Made by a program: the position numbers and the translations under genes. Below, piece by piece: positions 13,425-23,253 of a stretch of 64,000 bases of DNA (positions are counted from its first letter, which is position 1; each line of letters begins with the position of its first letter). Source of the DNA: an uncultured bacterium (lineage in GTDB: Bacteria > Verrucomicrobiota > Verrucomicrobiia > Limisphaerales > UBA8199). Location: NCBI GenBank assembly GCA_963749495.1, contig CAVVMW010000006.1, positions 352,001 to 416,000 on the forward strand. The letters are read 5' to 3'. A model generated the notes under the pieces. The model saw only the letters and a program-made list of their open reading frames with translations. It was not told where the DNA came from and did not search any database.

Positions 13425-13561
13425 CGTAGCGCAGGTTTCCAAACCTGCTGTATCGCCGATTTCCAATCGGCAGGGCGTTGGCATCTCGAGCGCCCACGGT
13501 TTGCGGAGGGCCTGCGGGTTTGGAAACCCGCGATACAGCAGGTTTGGAAACCTGCGCTACG
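13425..13561. repeat. REP-like palindrome (CGTAGCGCAGGTTTCCAAACCTGCTGTATCG...CGATACAGCAGGTTTGGAAACCTGCGCTACG)
   Basis: Long inverted repeat with internal hairpins. Confidence 0.85.
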
Positions 13562-13685
13562 CTGGCGCCCCTGGCGCACAGGCGCGCCGAGCGACTTTGT
13601 CAATGGCCCTGAGAAGTGAGTCCGGTGGCGGCGACTCAATGGGCTTCGGAGTATCGTCTGACCGCTCGAGACACGGATTGGCTCA

Positions 13686-14357
13686 ATGACTGACTTTTCA
13701 AACTGCACCGATGAAGACCTGGCCCGGCAGGCCCAGTCGGGCGCGCTGGAAGCGTTCGAGGAGTTGGTCAGCCGCTACGAGGGCCGGGTCTGCCGGTTCG
13801 TGAGCCAGTTCTGCCGCAGCGACGCCGATGCCCGCGACGTGACGCAGGACACCTTCGTCCGGGCCTGCCAGGCCATTCGCCAGTTCGATCCCGGCCAGGC
13901 CTTTGCCCCCTGGCTCTTCACAATCGCGCGGCGCAAGTGCATCGATCACTTCCGGGCCGCGCCGCGGCAGGCGGGCACCCAGGCGCCGGAACCGCAGGAC
14001 CTCAATGACCCGGCGGAATTACTGGCGCAACGGGAGGAGCGGCAGGACCTTTGGCGACTGGCGCGCCGCCGCCTGCCCCAGGCCCAATACCAGGCCCTCT
14101 GGCTGCGTTATGCCGAAGACCTGAGCGTGGCCGAGATCGCCCGCGTGCTCCGCAAGACCCGCACGCACGTGAAGGTCCTGCTCTTCCGCGCCCGCCAGAC
14201 CCTTTGCCTTGAACTGGCCACCGCCGCCCGCACGGCCGGGTCGAGGCACGAGGGTCGAGCGCCGAGGGAACGCGGGGCTGCCGCCCCCCGCCCCTCGTCC
14301 CTCGTCCCCCGACCCTCGACCCTCGGCCCCTTAACAAGCCGAACCTCTGACTACTGA
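13686..14357 (+). CDS. ECF sigma-70 factor with a repeat-derived C-terminal tail
   Basis: DARDVTQDTF, FAPWLFTIARRKCIDHFR, region 4 LSVAEIARVLRKT...VKVLLFRAR. Confidence 0.9.
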   Translation: MTDFSNCTDEDLARQAQSGALEAFEELVSRYEGRVCRFVSQFCRSDADARDVTQDTFVRACQAIRQFDPGQAFAPWLFTIARRKCIDHFRAAPRQAGTQAPEPQDLNDPAELLAQREERQDLWRLARRRLPQAQYQALWLRYAEDLSVAEIARVLRKTRTHVKVLLFRARQTLCLELATAARTAGSRHEGRAPRERGAAAPRPSSLVPRPSTLGPLTSRTSDY

Positions 14358-14363
14358 CCTCCC

Positions 14364-14876
14364 ATGAAAACCTTGGCGAAGTTCCGCATTTCCAATGCCT
14401 TGGACCGCGGCAAAGCTCTGCCGGCCTCGCTGGCCCGGCAGGTCGCTGCCTCGGACGAACTCGGGCGTTTCGCCGAGGGCTGCGCCGGGTTGGGCCGCGC
14501 CCTCAAGGAATCAGCCCCGCCGCCGGCCGCCCCGGCTTGGCTCCATGGCTCGATCATGGGCGCGGTGCGCGCGGCCGCGCGCCCGGCGCCCGGACTGGCG
14601 GCGCTCCGATGGGCGCCCGCGGCGGGCCTGGGGCTGGCCCTGGCGCTCGCCTCGGCCGTGGTGGTGTGGACGCGATCACATTCGGTCAAGCCGCCGCCGG
14701 GCGCGCCCATGGCGATCACCCAGGCCCTGGGCGCACCCGGCACAGCCCTCGAACTGGGCGGCCGGGTGACCCGCGCCGTGCCCTCCGGGATGGTGGCGCC
14801 GCTCTCCGACGAACTGGAGCGGCTCAACCGCGACCTGGACCAAACCGCGCAGTTCCTGCTGGCCAACCTGCCGTAG
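14364..14876 (+). CDS. Membrane protein, probable anti-sigma factor
   Basis: 7 nt after the ECF gene; one predicted TM segment. Confidence 0.6.
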   Translation: MKTLAKFRISNALDRGKALPASLARQVAASDELGRFAEGCAGLGRALKESAPPPAAPAWLHGSIMGAVRAAARPAPGLAALRWAPAAGLGLALALASAVVVWTRSHSVKPPPGAPMAITQALGAPGTALELGGRVTRAVPSGMVAPLSDELERLNRDLDQTAQFLLANLP

Positions 14877-15045
14877 CGGGCACCGACGCGGCGGTTCCCT
14901 GGGGCTGCAGTTGTATCCAGACCGATGCATGGCGGTCGCCCTGTCCCGAAGGGACACTTGAGAATGTCCCAACGTTGCAACCTCACTCATTACCCACGTT
15001 TTTTCCCGCGCTCATTGAGGGCACCTAATGGGATCCATGGTTTTC

Positions 15046-15135
15046 AGGCCAAAGGCCTGACTCATACCAGCCCAGGCCAACGCCCTGGGAACCGCCGCGC
15101 AAAAGCCATTCTGAGCGCTGAAGGCGCGACTCATT
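15046..15135 (+). repeat. Left arm of REP-like family C (GGCCAAAGGCC..CATACCAGCCCAGG..GCCCTGGG..GCGCTGAAGGCGCG)
   Basis: Related sequence at ~53628-53740 (left arm), ~56467-56555 (right arm) and ~40515-40730. Confidence 0.7.
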
Positions 15136-15145
15136 CTGCCGAAAG

Positions 15146-15256
15146 GGAAAGGGGTCCGTAAATGAGATTGTCATGAGTCCAGGAGGGTCCATCGGGCGGG
15201 GCCGCCTTCTCTCCATCCCCCCTTGAATAGTACACTGCCATGGCTGACCCCTTTCC
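15146..15256. mobile_element. 111-bp miniature element with 11-bp terminal inverted repeats GGAAAGGGGTC/GACCCCTTTCC
   Basis: Perfect TIR at 15146-15156 and 15246-15256. Confidence 0.5.
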
Positions 15257-15290
15257 GGCACCGGTCCCTCGGATGTCCATGCGGAATATT

Positions 15291-15688
15291 TGGTGAGCCG
15301 GACTCATATTGTAAGAAAGTATAGATGTGACCCCGATTCCCATGACCATTGTAAAAAAGTATAGATGTGACCCCGAATTAGAATTACTGGATGTGACCCC
15401 GAATTAGAATTACTGCGAATTACTGCCCCGAATTACTGATATAGATGTGACCCCGAATTACTGATAGAATGACCATTGTAAAAAAGTATAGATGTGACCC
15501 CGAATTATTCCGACAAATTACTGATAGAATGACCATTGTAAAAAAGTATAGATGTGACCCCGAATTATTATTGTACCATTGTAAAAAAGTATAGATGTGA
15601 CCCCGAATTATAGATGTGCCGAATTATAGATGTGACCCCGAATTATTCCGAATTATTGGCGTTCGTGACCCCGAATTATTGGCGTTCG
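15291..15688 (+). repeat. AT-rich stutter array of nested ...GTATAGATGTGACCCCGAATTA copies
   Basis: Nine TGACCCCGA cores; perfect 29-mers at 15347, 15474, 15534 and 15577. Confidence 0.92.
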
Positions 15689-15956
15689 CCAGGGTTTGGA
15701 GCAGGTTGCCGTGCCGGGAAAAGCCGATCTGCCGGTGGAACCACAGGCCGTGGTCATCGAAGACCGGGGTTTGGGGCAGGGTGTAGTAAGCGGCGTTGGC
15801 GTTAAAGCTGTTGTGATAGCCGGTTTTGCGCAGGGTCCGCACCACGGTCATGTGGCAGCAATGCACGCGCTGGCGCAAGGCACGCATGGTCGCGACGCCC
15901 AGACGACGAAGCTGTTGGATGACGGAGTGTTCGGCGCGCGTTAAGTCCGTAGCCAT
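15688..15956 (-). pseudogene. 3'-truncated IS-associated accessory gene
   Basis: YHNSFNANAAYYTL..P.FDDHGLW..GFSRHGNLLQTL resembles genes found beside DDE transposases (from memory); the ORF runs into the stutter array. Confidence 0.55.
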
Positions 15957-16175
15957 AATGTTATTGTAAGTGATTGACTGGGCCATTTTAGGGCGTTATT
16001 CATCAAACACAATGACATTTTTAGGTGCAACCGTGGCGGCTATTCTTCAAAAAGGCCCGAAAAACACGGATTCCCCTGGACCTGAAAAGTTAAACTATGT
16101 GAGCCCCGTTAAGACCGACCCCAGAAACAACCCTGATTACGGGGGATTTTAAGGCAACCGTTGTTCGGAATGATA

Positions 16176-16212
16176 CCCCCTTCGGAAGGGGAGAGGGCTG
16201 GGGTGAGGGGTC
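16176..16212. repeat. Half copy of REP-like family D (CCCTCACCC...GGGAGAGGG)
   Basis: Full copies at ~25245-25422, ~26960-27108 and ~33515-33692; variant at ~49480-49540. Confidence 0.75.
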
Positions 16213-16296
16213 CCCCGGGGACTCCGTCTCCGCCTTCACTGACGATTGCCTTCTTCCATCTTCCCTCCGCCCCGCCCCGGGGTTATTCTGGGGGGC

Positions 16297-17553
16297 ATGG
16301 ACATTTACGATCACCCAACCTTCCGGATGGCGTGCCAGCAGTTTGACCTCGTGGCGGACCACCTGCAGATCCCGGAATCCGAACGGGACCGGCTCAAATT
16401 CCCGAAGCGCTCGATCACCGTCGCGCTGCCGATTCACCGGGACGATGGCTCGACACGGGTCTTCGCGGGCTACCGGGTGCAGCACCACCTGACGCTGGGG
16501 CCCACCAAGGGAGGGTTGCGCTACCACCCGGACGTGACCCTGGGCGAGGTGGCCGGGCTGGCGATGTGGATGAGTTGGAAATGCGCCCTCATGGGCCTGC
16601 CTTACGGGGGGGCCAAGGGTGGCATCGCCTGCGACCCAGGGAAGATGTCGCGCGATGAGCTGGAGCGGCTGACCCGCCGCTATACGCAGGAAATGATCTC
16701 GTTCATCGGCCCGCAAGTGGACGTGATGGCCCCCGACCTGGGCACCAACGAGCAGGTCATGGCCTGGATGATGGACACTTATTCCGTCCATGCCGGTTAC
16801 AGCGTGCCCAGCATCGTGACGGGCAAACCGGTCGGGCTGGGGGGATCGCTCGGCCGCCGCGAGGCCACCGGCCGGGGCGTCGGCTACCTGGTCAATCGCG
16901 CCGCGGACACTCTGGGCCTGGACGTGAGCAAGGCGACGGCGGCGGTGCAGGGCTATGGCAACGTGGGGTCTGTCGCCGCGCTCTCGCTGGCCCGCTACGG
17001 GGTGAGGATCATCGCCGTAACGGACGCCTCCGGCGGCGCCTACAACCCCGAGGGACTCAACCTCTGGGACCTCCAAAAACACGCCGCCTTGCACCAGACC
17101 GTCGCCGGGTTTCCCCAAGCCGAGCCGATCACCAACGATCAACTCCTGGCGCTGCAGTGCGACATCCTGGTGCCTGCGGCCCTCGAACGGCAGATCACCG
17201 GCGCCAACGCCGCCACGATCCAGTGCCGCATCCTGGCAGAGGCCGCCAACGGCCCCACCACGCCCGAGGCCGATGCCATTTTGAACCAGCGCCCGGAGGT
17301 GTTCATCGTCCCGGACGTGCTCTGCAACGCCGGGGGCGTGGTGGTCTCTTACTTCGAATGGGTGCAGGACCTCCAGAGTTTCTTCTGGAGTGAAACCGAA
17401 GTGGTGGACAAGCTCTTCCGCATCCTGGAAACCGCCTTCACCCAGACTGTCAGCCTGAGCCGCAAATCCAAGCTCCCGATGCGCCTGGCCGCTCTGAGCC
17501 TGGGCATCAAACGCGTCCAGGAGGCCAAGCGCATCCGGGGGTTGTTTCCTTGA
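16297..17553 (+). CDS. gdhA: Glu/Leu/Phe/Val dehydrogenase (glutamate dehydrogenase)
   Basis: GPTKGGLRYHP, PYGGAKGG, ATGRG, QGYGNVG, EAANGPTTP, NAGGVVVSYFEWVQ. Confidence 0.93.
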   Translation: MDIYDHPTFRMACQQFDLVADHLQIPESERDRLKFPKRSITVALPIHRDDGSTRVFAGYRVQHHLTLGPTKGGLRYHPDVTLGEVAGLAMWMSWKCALMGLPYGGAKGGIACDPGKMSRDELERLTRRYTQEMISFIGPQVDVMAPDLGTNEQVMAWMMDTYSVHAGYSVPSIVTGKPVGLGGSLGRREATGRGVGYLVNRAADTLGLDVSKATAAVQGYGNVGSVAALSLARYGVRIIAVTDASGGAYNPEGLNLWDLQKHAALHQTVAGFPQAEPITNDQLLALQCDILVPAALERQITGANAATIQCRILAEAANGPTTPEADAILNQRPEVFIVPDVLCNAGGVVVSYFEWVQDLQSFFWSETEVVDKLFRILETAFTQTVSLSRKSKLPMRLAALSLGIKRVQEAKRIRGLFP

Positions 17554-18178
17554 GGAAGAGCACTTCGATCGCCGCGGGCAGGCCCAGGGACAGCTCGTCG
17601 AAGAGGCCGCGGCAGGCGCGCTCGGAAAGCCGCAGGGTGCGGGCGGCGGAGTAGATAAAGCCGCGCGTGGTCTGGTGGGCGTAACCGAGCAAGCCCTGTC
17701 GCAGGGGCAGCGAGTAAATCGCCAGCGTCAGCCCATAAACGACGGTGTGCCAGCCGTGGGCCTGGCCGGTCTCGACGGCGCGGCGGTAGCGTTGGAGCAC
17801 GCGCAGGTCGCGCAGTGGCCGCAGCTTTTGGAGTTGGCTTTGGCCGACGCGGCGGCTGGGTCCGGCGAAGTCGTGCAGGAGCGGTTCGCCGGCCAGCCGC
17901 TGGTCCAGGGCCACCAACTCGCGCACCCCGTTGAACGAGGCATAGGCATGGGCGGATTGGATGGCCGGCAGCTCGAATGGCAGAAGGACTTGCCCCTGGT
18001 ATTCCTGGAGGAAGCGCCGCAGCGAGCGCAGGTCCCGCACCGGCGCCAGCCGCAGCAGCAGCAACGCCGAGCAGAGGCTCAGCAGCCCGTCGGTCGAGCC
18101 TAGTTGCTCGGCCAACGGATGCCAGTCCCCCAGCCATTCGGCCGCGTCGCTCAGCGCCACTTGTGTCGGCTTGACCAT
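17507..18178 (-). CDS. UreF-like urease accessory protein
   Basis: SRRVGQSQL, HGWHTVVYG, YSAARTLRL resemble UreF; 3' end overlaps gdhA. Confidence 0.55.
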   Translation of the reverse strand: MVKPTQVALSDAAEWLGDWHPLAEQLGSTDGLLSLCSALLLLRLAPVRDLRSLRRFLQEYQGQVLLPFELPAIQSAHAYASFNGVRELVALDQRLAGEPLLHDFAGPSRRVGQSQLQKLRPLRDLRVLQRYRRAVETGQAHGWHTVVYGLTLAIYSLPLRQGLLGYAHQTTRGFIYSAARTLRLSERACRGLFDELSLGLPAAIEVLFLKETTPGCAWPPGRV

Positions 18179-18393
18179 GCTATGCACCGGCGCGACGCCC
18201 GATCCCCGCGACCGGGCGGCTCGCGCCATCGTTTTTACGGTGTACCGCCCCCCGTGCGAACGCCAGCAGTAAAAGTTCAAAAGCGAAGATTAAAACCTTG
18301 CGCGTGCAGCCCGATCTGCTTAGACTTTGGGGTGTCCCCTTTTGCCTGGGACAAAGACTCGCTATATTCCCCGTGCATGATAGAAGTAACGAT

Positions 18394-19158
18394 ATGAGCG
18401 AGTCCGTTGACCTGCGGCGAATCCTGAAGAACTGGCCATACGACGCGGAGAAGGAGACCCGGATGGTGCCGGGCGATGACGGGCGGCCGATTCTGCAGGT
18501 GCGCACGCCCCTGGGGATCGAGCAATACGAGCTGGACGGGCGCCCCGATGGCGCCCGGCCCCATGGCAAGGAATCGGCCCTCGATCATCATTTGGAGCGG
18601 CTCGAACAGGCCAAGGCCGGCGGACGCGAAGCGGAGTTCGACTTGGGGCCGCGCGACTGCGGCGAGCTCTTCAACGAAGGCACGCTCTATTACTTCCGCT
18701 ATGTGCGGCTTTTCCAGCTCAAGGACTGGGCCCGCACCGTGCGGGACACGTCGCGCAACCTGCGCGTGTTCGATCTGGTCCATCGCTACGCCCGGCGCCA
18801 GGAGGACCAGCAGTTCCTCGAGAAATGGCGCCCCTATATCGTCCGCATCAACGCCAGCGCCGCCGCGATGCAGGAGCTGGAACACAATGCCTTCGACAAG
18901 GCCCTGGGCTTCGTCAACCAGGCCATCGCCCGCGTCGAGGCCCTGGCCGAGCTGGACGACGAGACCTTTGCCTTCGAGCGGGAGCGATCCTTGAGCGGGC
19001 TGCGCGAGCTGGCCGCGCAGATCGAGAAAAACCGCCCCCTCTCCGAACTCGAACAGTTGGAACACCAGCTCAGCCGGGCCGTCGAGCGCCAGGAATTCGA
19101 GCGCGCCGCCCAGTTGCGCGACCGCATCCGCAACCTCAAGAAACTGCGGCAGTGCTGA
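18394..19158 (+). CDS. UvrB/UvrC-motif-containing protein
   Basis: ILQVRTPLGIEQYELDGRPDG; C-terminal AVERQEFERAAQLRDRIR UVR motif. Confidence 0.8.
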   Translation: MSESVDLRRILKNWPYDAEKETRMVPGDDGRPILQVRTPLGIEQYELDGRPDGARPHGKESALDHHLERLEQAKAGGREAEFDLGPRDCGELFNEGTLYYFRYVRLFQLKDWARTVRDTSRNLRVFDLVHRYARRQEDQQFLEKWRPYIVRINASAAAMQELEHNAFDKALGFVNQAIARVEALAELDDETFAFERERSLSGLRELAAQIEKNRPLSELEQLEHQLSRAVERQEFERAAQLRDRIRNLKKLRQC

Positions 19159-19232
19159 GGGGGGCGTATCCTGCCTGTACCACCCACAGGCGCAGGAGCT
19201 GCGGACGCGCCCCAGGGCTGTACGCGTGCGCT

Positions 19233-19460
19233 GCAACCCGGAGGGTTGCCAGATGGTAGCCGGGGGTCGCGATTCTGTCGCGACCCCCGGTTAACGGTCT
19301 GAAGGGTCCTGCACCCCGGAACGGGGTGCCAGAAGACCGCGCTGCGTGCGGTGCGCCCGTTTCTGGCATCCCTCCGGGATGCAGGCGCACCCCTGCGCCG
19401 AACCGGGGGTCTTGCTTCGCTTCGACCCCCGGCTACCATCTTCCATCCCTCCGGGATGAA
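19233..19460. repeat. REP-like palindrome (CCCGGAGGG..GGTAGCCGGGGGTCG...CGACCCCCGGCTACC..CCCTCCGGG)
   Basis: Nested inverted repeats. Confidence 0.8.
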
Positions 19461-19613
19461 ACTGGCGGCCCGGAGCCAGGTCAGGAATTCCTCTCCGTGT
19501 GGTGGTACATCTCGGATACGCCCGTGCTGAGAGGCACCGTCCAACCGCGGCGCGCCCCGGGCACCGTCCAACCTCCTCTCGACTTCCCCGCCTCCGCCCC
19601 TTATCCTGGGCGC

Positions 19614-20931
19614 ATGATTCAACGGTATTCGCGGCCCGCCATGCGGGAGATTTGGAGCGAACAGCGCAAGTTGGAGATCTGGCTGCAAATCGAACTGCTG
19701 GCCAGCGAGGCGCTCTGCGCCGCTGGGCTGGTGCCCAAAGCGGACCTCGCACAAATGAAGGCGCGCGCCGCCTTCAGCATCGACCGCTGCAAGGAACTGG
19801 AGCGGACGCTCAACCACGATGTCATCGCCTTCACCACGAACGTGGCGGAGAACATCGGGGCGCCGGCCAGCCGCTGGCTGCACTTCGGCCTGACCAGCAG
19901 CGACATCATCAATACCGCCTTTGCCGTGCAGATGGTGCAGTCAGCGGACATTCTCATTGCGGACGTCCAAGCCCTGCGGCAGGTGATTGGCGCGCGCGCC
20001 AAGGAGCACCAGTTCACGCCCATGATCGGCCGCAGCCACGGAATCCATGCCGAACCCACCACCTTCGGGCTCAAGCTGGCCCTCATGTATGACGAGTTCG
20101 GCCGGGCTTTGGAACGGCTCCAGGCCGCCCGCCGGCGCGTGGCGGTGGGCAAGCTCTCGGGGGCCGTCGGGACCAGCGCCCACCTCTCCCCGGAAATCGA
20201 GGACGCCGTTTGCCAAAGGCTGGGCCTGCGCCCGGCCCCGATCGCCACGCAAATCGTCCAGCGCGACCTCCACGCCGAGTTCATCGGCACGCTCGCCCTG
20301 GTCGGCGCGAGCGTCGAACGCTGGGCCACCGAGTTCCGGCACCTCCAGCGCACCGAAGTACTCGAGGCCGAGGAGTACTTTGCCAAGGGCCAAAAGGGCT
20401 CCAGCGCGATGCCGCACAAGCGCAACCCCATCACCGGCGAGCGCCTCGCCGGCCTGGCCCGCGTCCTGCGCGGCAACGCCCTGGCTGCCCTCGAAAACGT
20501 CGCCCTCTGGCACGAGCGCGACATCAGCCACAGCTCCGTCGAGCGGATCATCTTCCCGGACTCCTGCACGCTCCTGGACTACATGCTGGCAACCCTGGCG
20601 AAGCTGACCGAGGGGCTGCTGGTCTATCCCGAAAACATGAAGCGCAACCTGGACTTGTCGCTCGGCCTGTGGAACTCGCAGACCGTTTTGCTGGCCCTCA
20701 TTCGCAAAGGGCTGACCCGCGAGGCCGCCTACGACCTGGTCCAGCGCGCCGCCATGCTGACCTGGCAGGCCAAACACGCCGGCCGCAGCGACGCCGATTT
20801 CCTGGCCCAGGCTCAAGGCCGACCCCGACGTGGCCCGGCACTTCCAACTGGGAGAACTGGAGCAACTCTGCTCCCTGGACTTCCACTTCAAGGAGGTGAA
20901 GAACCGGTTCCGGAAGCTGGGGCTGGAGTGA
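19614..20931 (+). CDS. purB: Adenylosuccinate lyase, frameshift near 20811
   Basis: HDVIAF, HFGLTSSD, GRSHGIHAEPTT, GSSAMPHKRNP, WHERDISHSS. Confidence 0.93.
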
Positions 20932-20984
20932 AGCCCCGCTGCTCGCGGGCGAGGGCGCGAGAGCGAGAGGGCGCACCCCGGGGA

Positions 20985-21180
20985 GTTTTGTCCCGAAGGG
21001 ACATCCGACGATAGCCCGGCGTTTCAACGCCGGGGAGGCCACAAAAGGGACCCTCGTCCCGAAGGGACGACTGAGAACACTCCTTTCAGCCGTCCCTTCG
21101 GGACGGTCCTGCTCCTTGGGTCCGCTCACCCGGCGTTGAAACGCCGGGCTATTGTCGGAAGCCCCTTCGGGGCAAAAAGA
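20985..21180 (-). repeat. REP-like family A copy
   Basis: Reverse-complement match to 1550-1748. Confidence 0.85.
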
Positions 21181-21228
21181 CGCCGTGGGCTTGACACGGC
21201 CCAGCTCGGGTGACTAAATGCATTTCAA

Positions 21229-23253
21229 ATGAGCACCAAGCTGAGCGGCCTCTCCCATCCTGTGAATGGCTCCAGCCTGATCGTTTTGGCTGCCCTCGCC
21301 CTGGCCTCCACCGCTCTAGGCGCCGAGCCGGCGCGGCTCAAGCGGGCCGAGAGTTTTTTGGGCGTACACTTCGATTTTCATGCCGGCCCGGACTGCACCG
21401 AGATTGGCAAGAACACGACACGCGAGATGATCGAGGATGTCATCGCCCGGGTGCGCCCGGATTACCTCCAGATCGACTGCAAGGGCCATCGCGGGCTGTC
21501 GAGCTACCCGACGCAGGCGGGCAACCCGGCGCCGGGATTTGTGGGCGACCCGCTGTGGCTCTGGCGGCAGGTCACCGCCGAGCACGGCGTGGCCCTCTAC
21601 ATGCACTACTCCGGCGTTTGGGATTCCGAGGCGATTCTCCGCCACCCGGATTGGGCGGTCATCGATGCCAACGGCAAGACCAACGCAAATGCGACCTCGT
21701 TCTTCGGCCCATACTCGGAGCGGCTGCTGGTCCCACAGCTCCGGGAATTGGCCGGTGTCTATGGTGTGGACGGGGCCTGGATCGATGGGGAGTGCTGGGC
21801 CTCGCTCCCGGATTACAGCGAAGGGGCGCTCAGGGCGTTTGCTGCCGCCTCCGGCCGGCCCGACGCGCCCCGCAAGCCCGGCGAGCCGCATTGGTTTGAG
21901 TTTCTCGAGTTCAATCGCCAGGCCTTCCGCCGCTACTTGGGCCACTACATTGACGAGGTCAAGAAGACCAACCCCGACTTTCAATTCTGCAGCAACTGGG
22001 CCTTTACCGACCACATGCCCGAGCCGGTCAGCGCCCCGGTGGATTTCCTCTCCGGCGACTACAATCCCGAGGACAGCGTCAACTCGGCCCGCATCTCGGC
22101 GCGCTACCTGGCCCGGCAGGGCAAGCCGTGGGACCTGATGGCCTGGAGTTTCACCCGGCAGCGGGGCCGGGGCGGTGATAACCAGAAGAACGCGGTGCAA
22201 TTGCAGCGCGAAGCCGCCGTGGTGCTCGCCCTGGGCGGCGGGTTCCAGGCCTATTTCACCCAGAAACGCGACGGCTCCGTCCGCAGCGAGCGGATGCCGG
22301 TCATGGGCGAAGTGGCCCGGTTTTGCCGCGCGCGCCAGGCCATCTGCCATCGTGCAACCCAGGTGCCGCAGATCGCCCTGCTCTATTCGACCGCCGCCCA
22401 TTACCGGCAGATAAACTCGATGTTCGGGCGCGACCCCTCGCCTTTCAGCGGCACGCTCCAGGCCCTGCTCGAATCCCAGCAATCCGTCGAGTTGCTGGGC
22501 GAACACCACCTCTCAGGCCGCATGGCGGAATACCCGCTCATTATCGTCCCGGAATGGGGATACCTCGACCCAGAATTCAAAGACGAACTGGTGGCTTACG
22601 TCAAGCAAGGCGGCAACCTCCTGCTGGTGGGTCCGAGCGCCGCCGCCCTGTTCGCGCCCGAGCTTGACATCGTGCTCGAGGGTGGGCCGCCTGCCAAACC
22701 GCGTTTCGTTGCCCATCACGGCAGCTTCGCCCCCATCCAGGGCGCGGTCTGCAACGCAAAGCTCGGCCCCAATGCGCTCGAGTTCGGCCGCCTGCACCTG
22801 ACCGCTGACCTGGATTCGCCTTCGCAACCCGCAGCCTCGATTGCCCCGCTCGGCAAAGGCCGCATCGCCGCAACCTACTTCGATTTCAGCAAAGGCTATC
22901 TCGACTCGCACAGCCCCCAGTCCCGGCAATTCCTGGCCGAACTGGCCGGCCTGCTCTTCCCGGAACCCCTGGTCCAGGTCACAGGCTCAGCCGACGTTGA
23001 CGTGGTCGTAAACCGGCTCGGCGGCAAACTGGCCATCAATCTGGTCAACACCTCCGGCCCGCACCGGACCGAACCGCTCGTCGAGTCCATCTCCCCCGTC
23101 GGACCGCTCCATGTCATCATCCGCCAAAAACCCAAGCCGGAGCGGATCACGCTCGAACCTGCCGGCCAGCCGCTGCCTTTCGAATACATCTCTGGCGAAG
23201 TCCGCGTCACCGTCCCCCGCGTGGACATCCACGAGATTGTCGTGGTCCAGTAG
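21229..23253 (+). CDS. Secreted glycoside hydrolase-like protein (alpha-L-fucosidase/GHL6-like)
   Basis: Signal peptide; GVHFDFH, IDCKGHRG, DGAWIDGE; trimerisation-like C-terminal region. Confidence 0.7.
   Translation: MSTKLSGLSHPVNGSSLIVLAALALASTALGAEPARLKRAESFLGVHFDFHAGPDCTEIGKNTTREMIEDVIARVRPDYLQIDCKGHRGLSSYPTQAGNPAPGFVGDPLWLWRQVTAEHGVALYMHYSGVWDSEAILRHPDWAVIDANGKTNANATSFFGPYSERLLVPQLRELAGVYGVDGAWIDGECWASLPDYSEGALRAFAAASGRPDAPRKPGEPHWFEFLEFNRQAFRRYLGHYIDEVKKTNPDFQFCSNWAFTDHMPEPVSAPVDFLSGDYNPEDSVNSARISARYLARQGKPWDLMAWSFTRQRGRGGDNQKNAVQLQREAAVVLALGGGFQAYFTQKRDGSVRSERMPVMGEVARFCRARQAICHRATQVPQIALLYSTAAHYRQINSMFGRDPSPFSGTLQALLESQQSVELLGEHHLSGRMAEYPLIIVPEWGYLDPEFKDELVAYVKQGGNLLLVGPSAAALFAPELDIVLEGGPPAKPRFVAHHGSFAPIQGAVCNAKLGPNALEFGRLHLTADLDSPSQPAASIAPLGKGRIAATYFDFSKGYLDSHSPQSRQFLAELAGLLFPEPLVQVTGSADVDVVVNRLGGKLAINLVNTSGPHRTEPLVESISPVGPLHVIIRQKPKPERITLEPAGQPLPFEYISGEVRVTVPRVDIHEIVVVQ

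Noticed and set aside
15291..15688. CRISPR array
   Set aside because: Spacing is irregular, the intervening DNA is made of repeat fragments rather than unique spacers, and no cas genes are present
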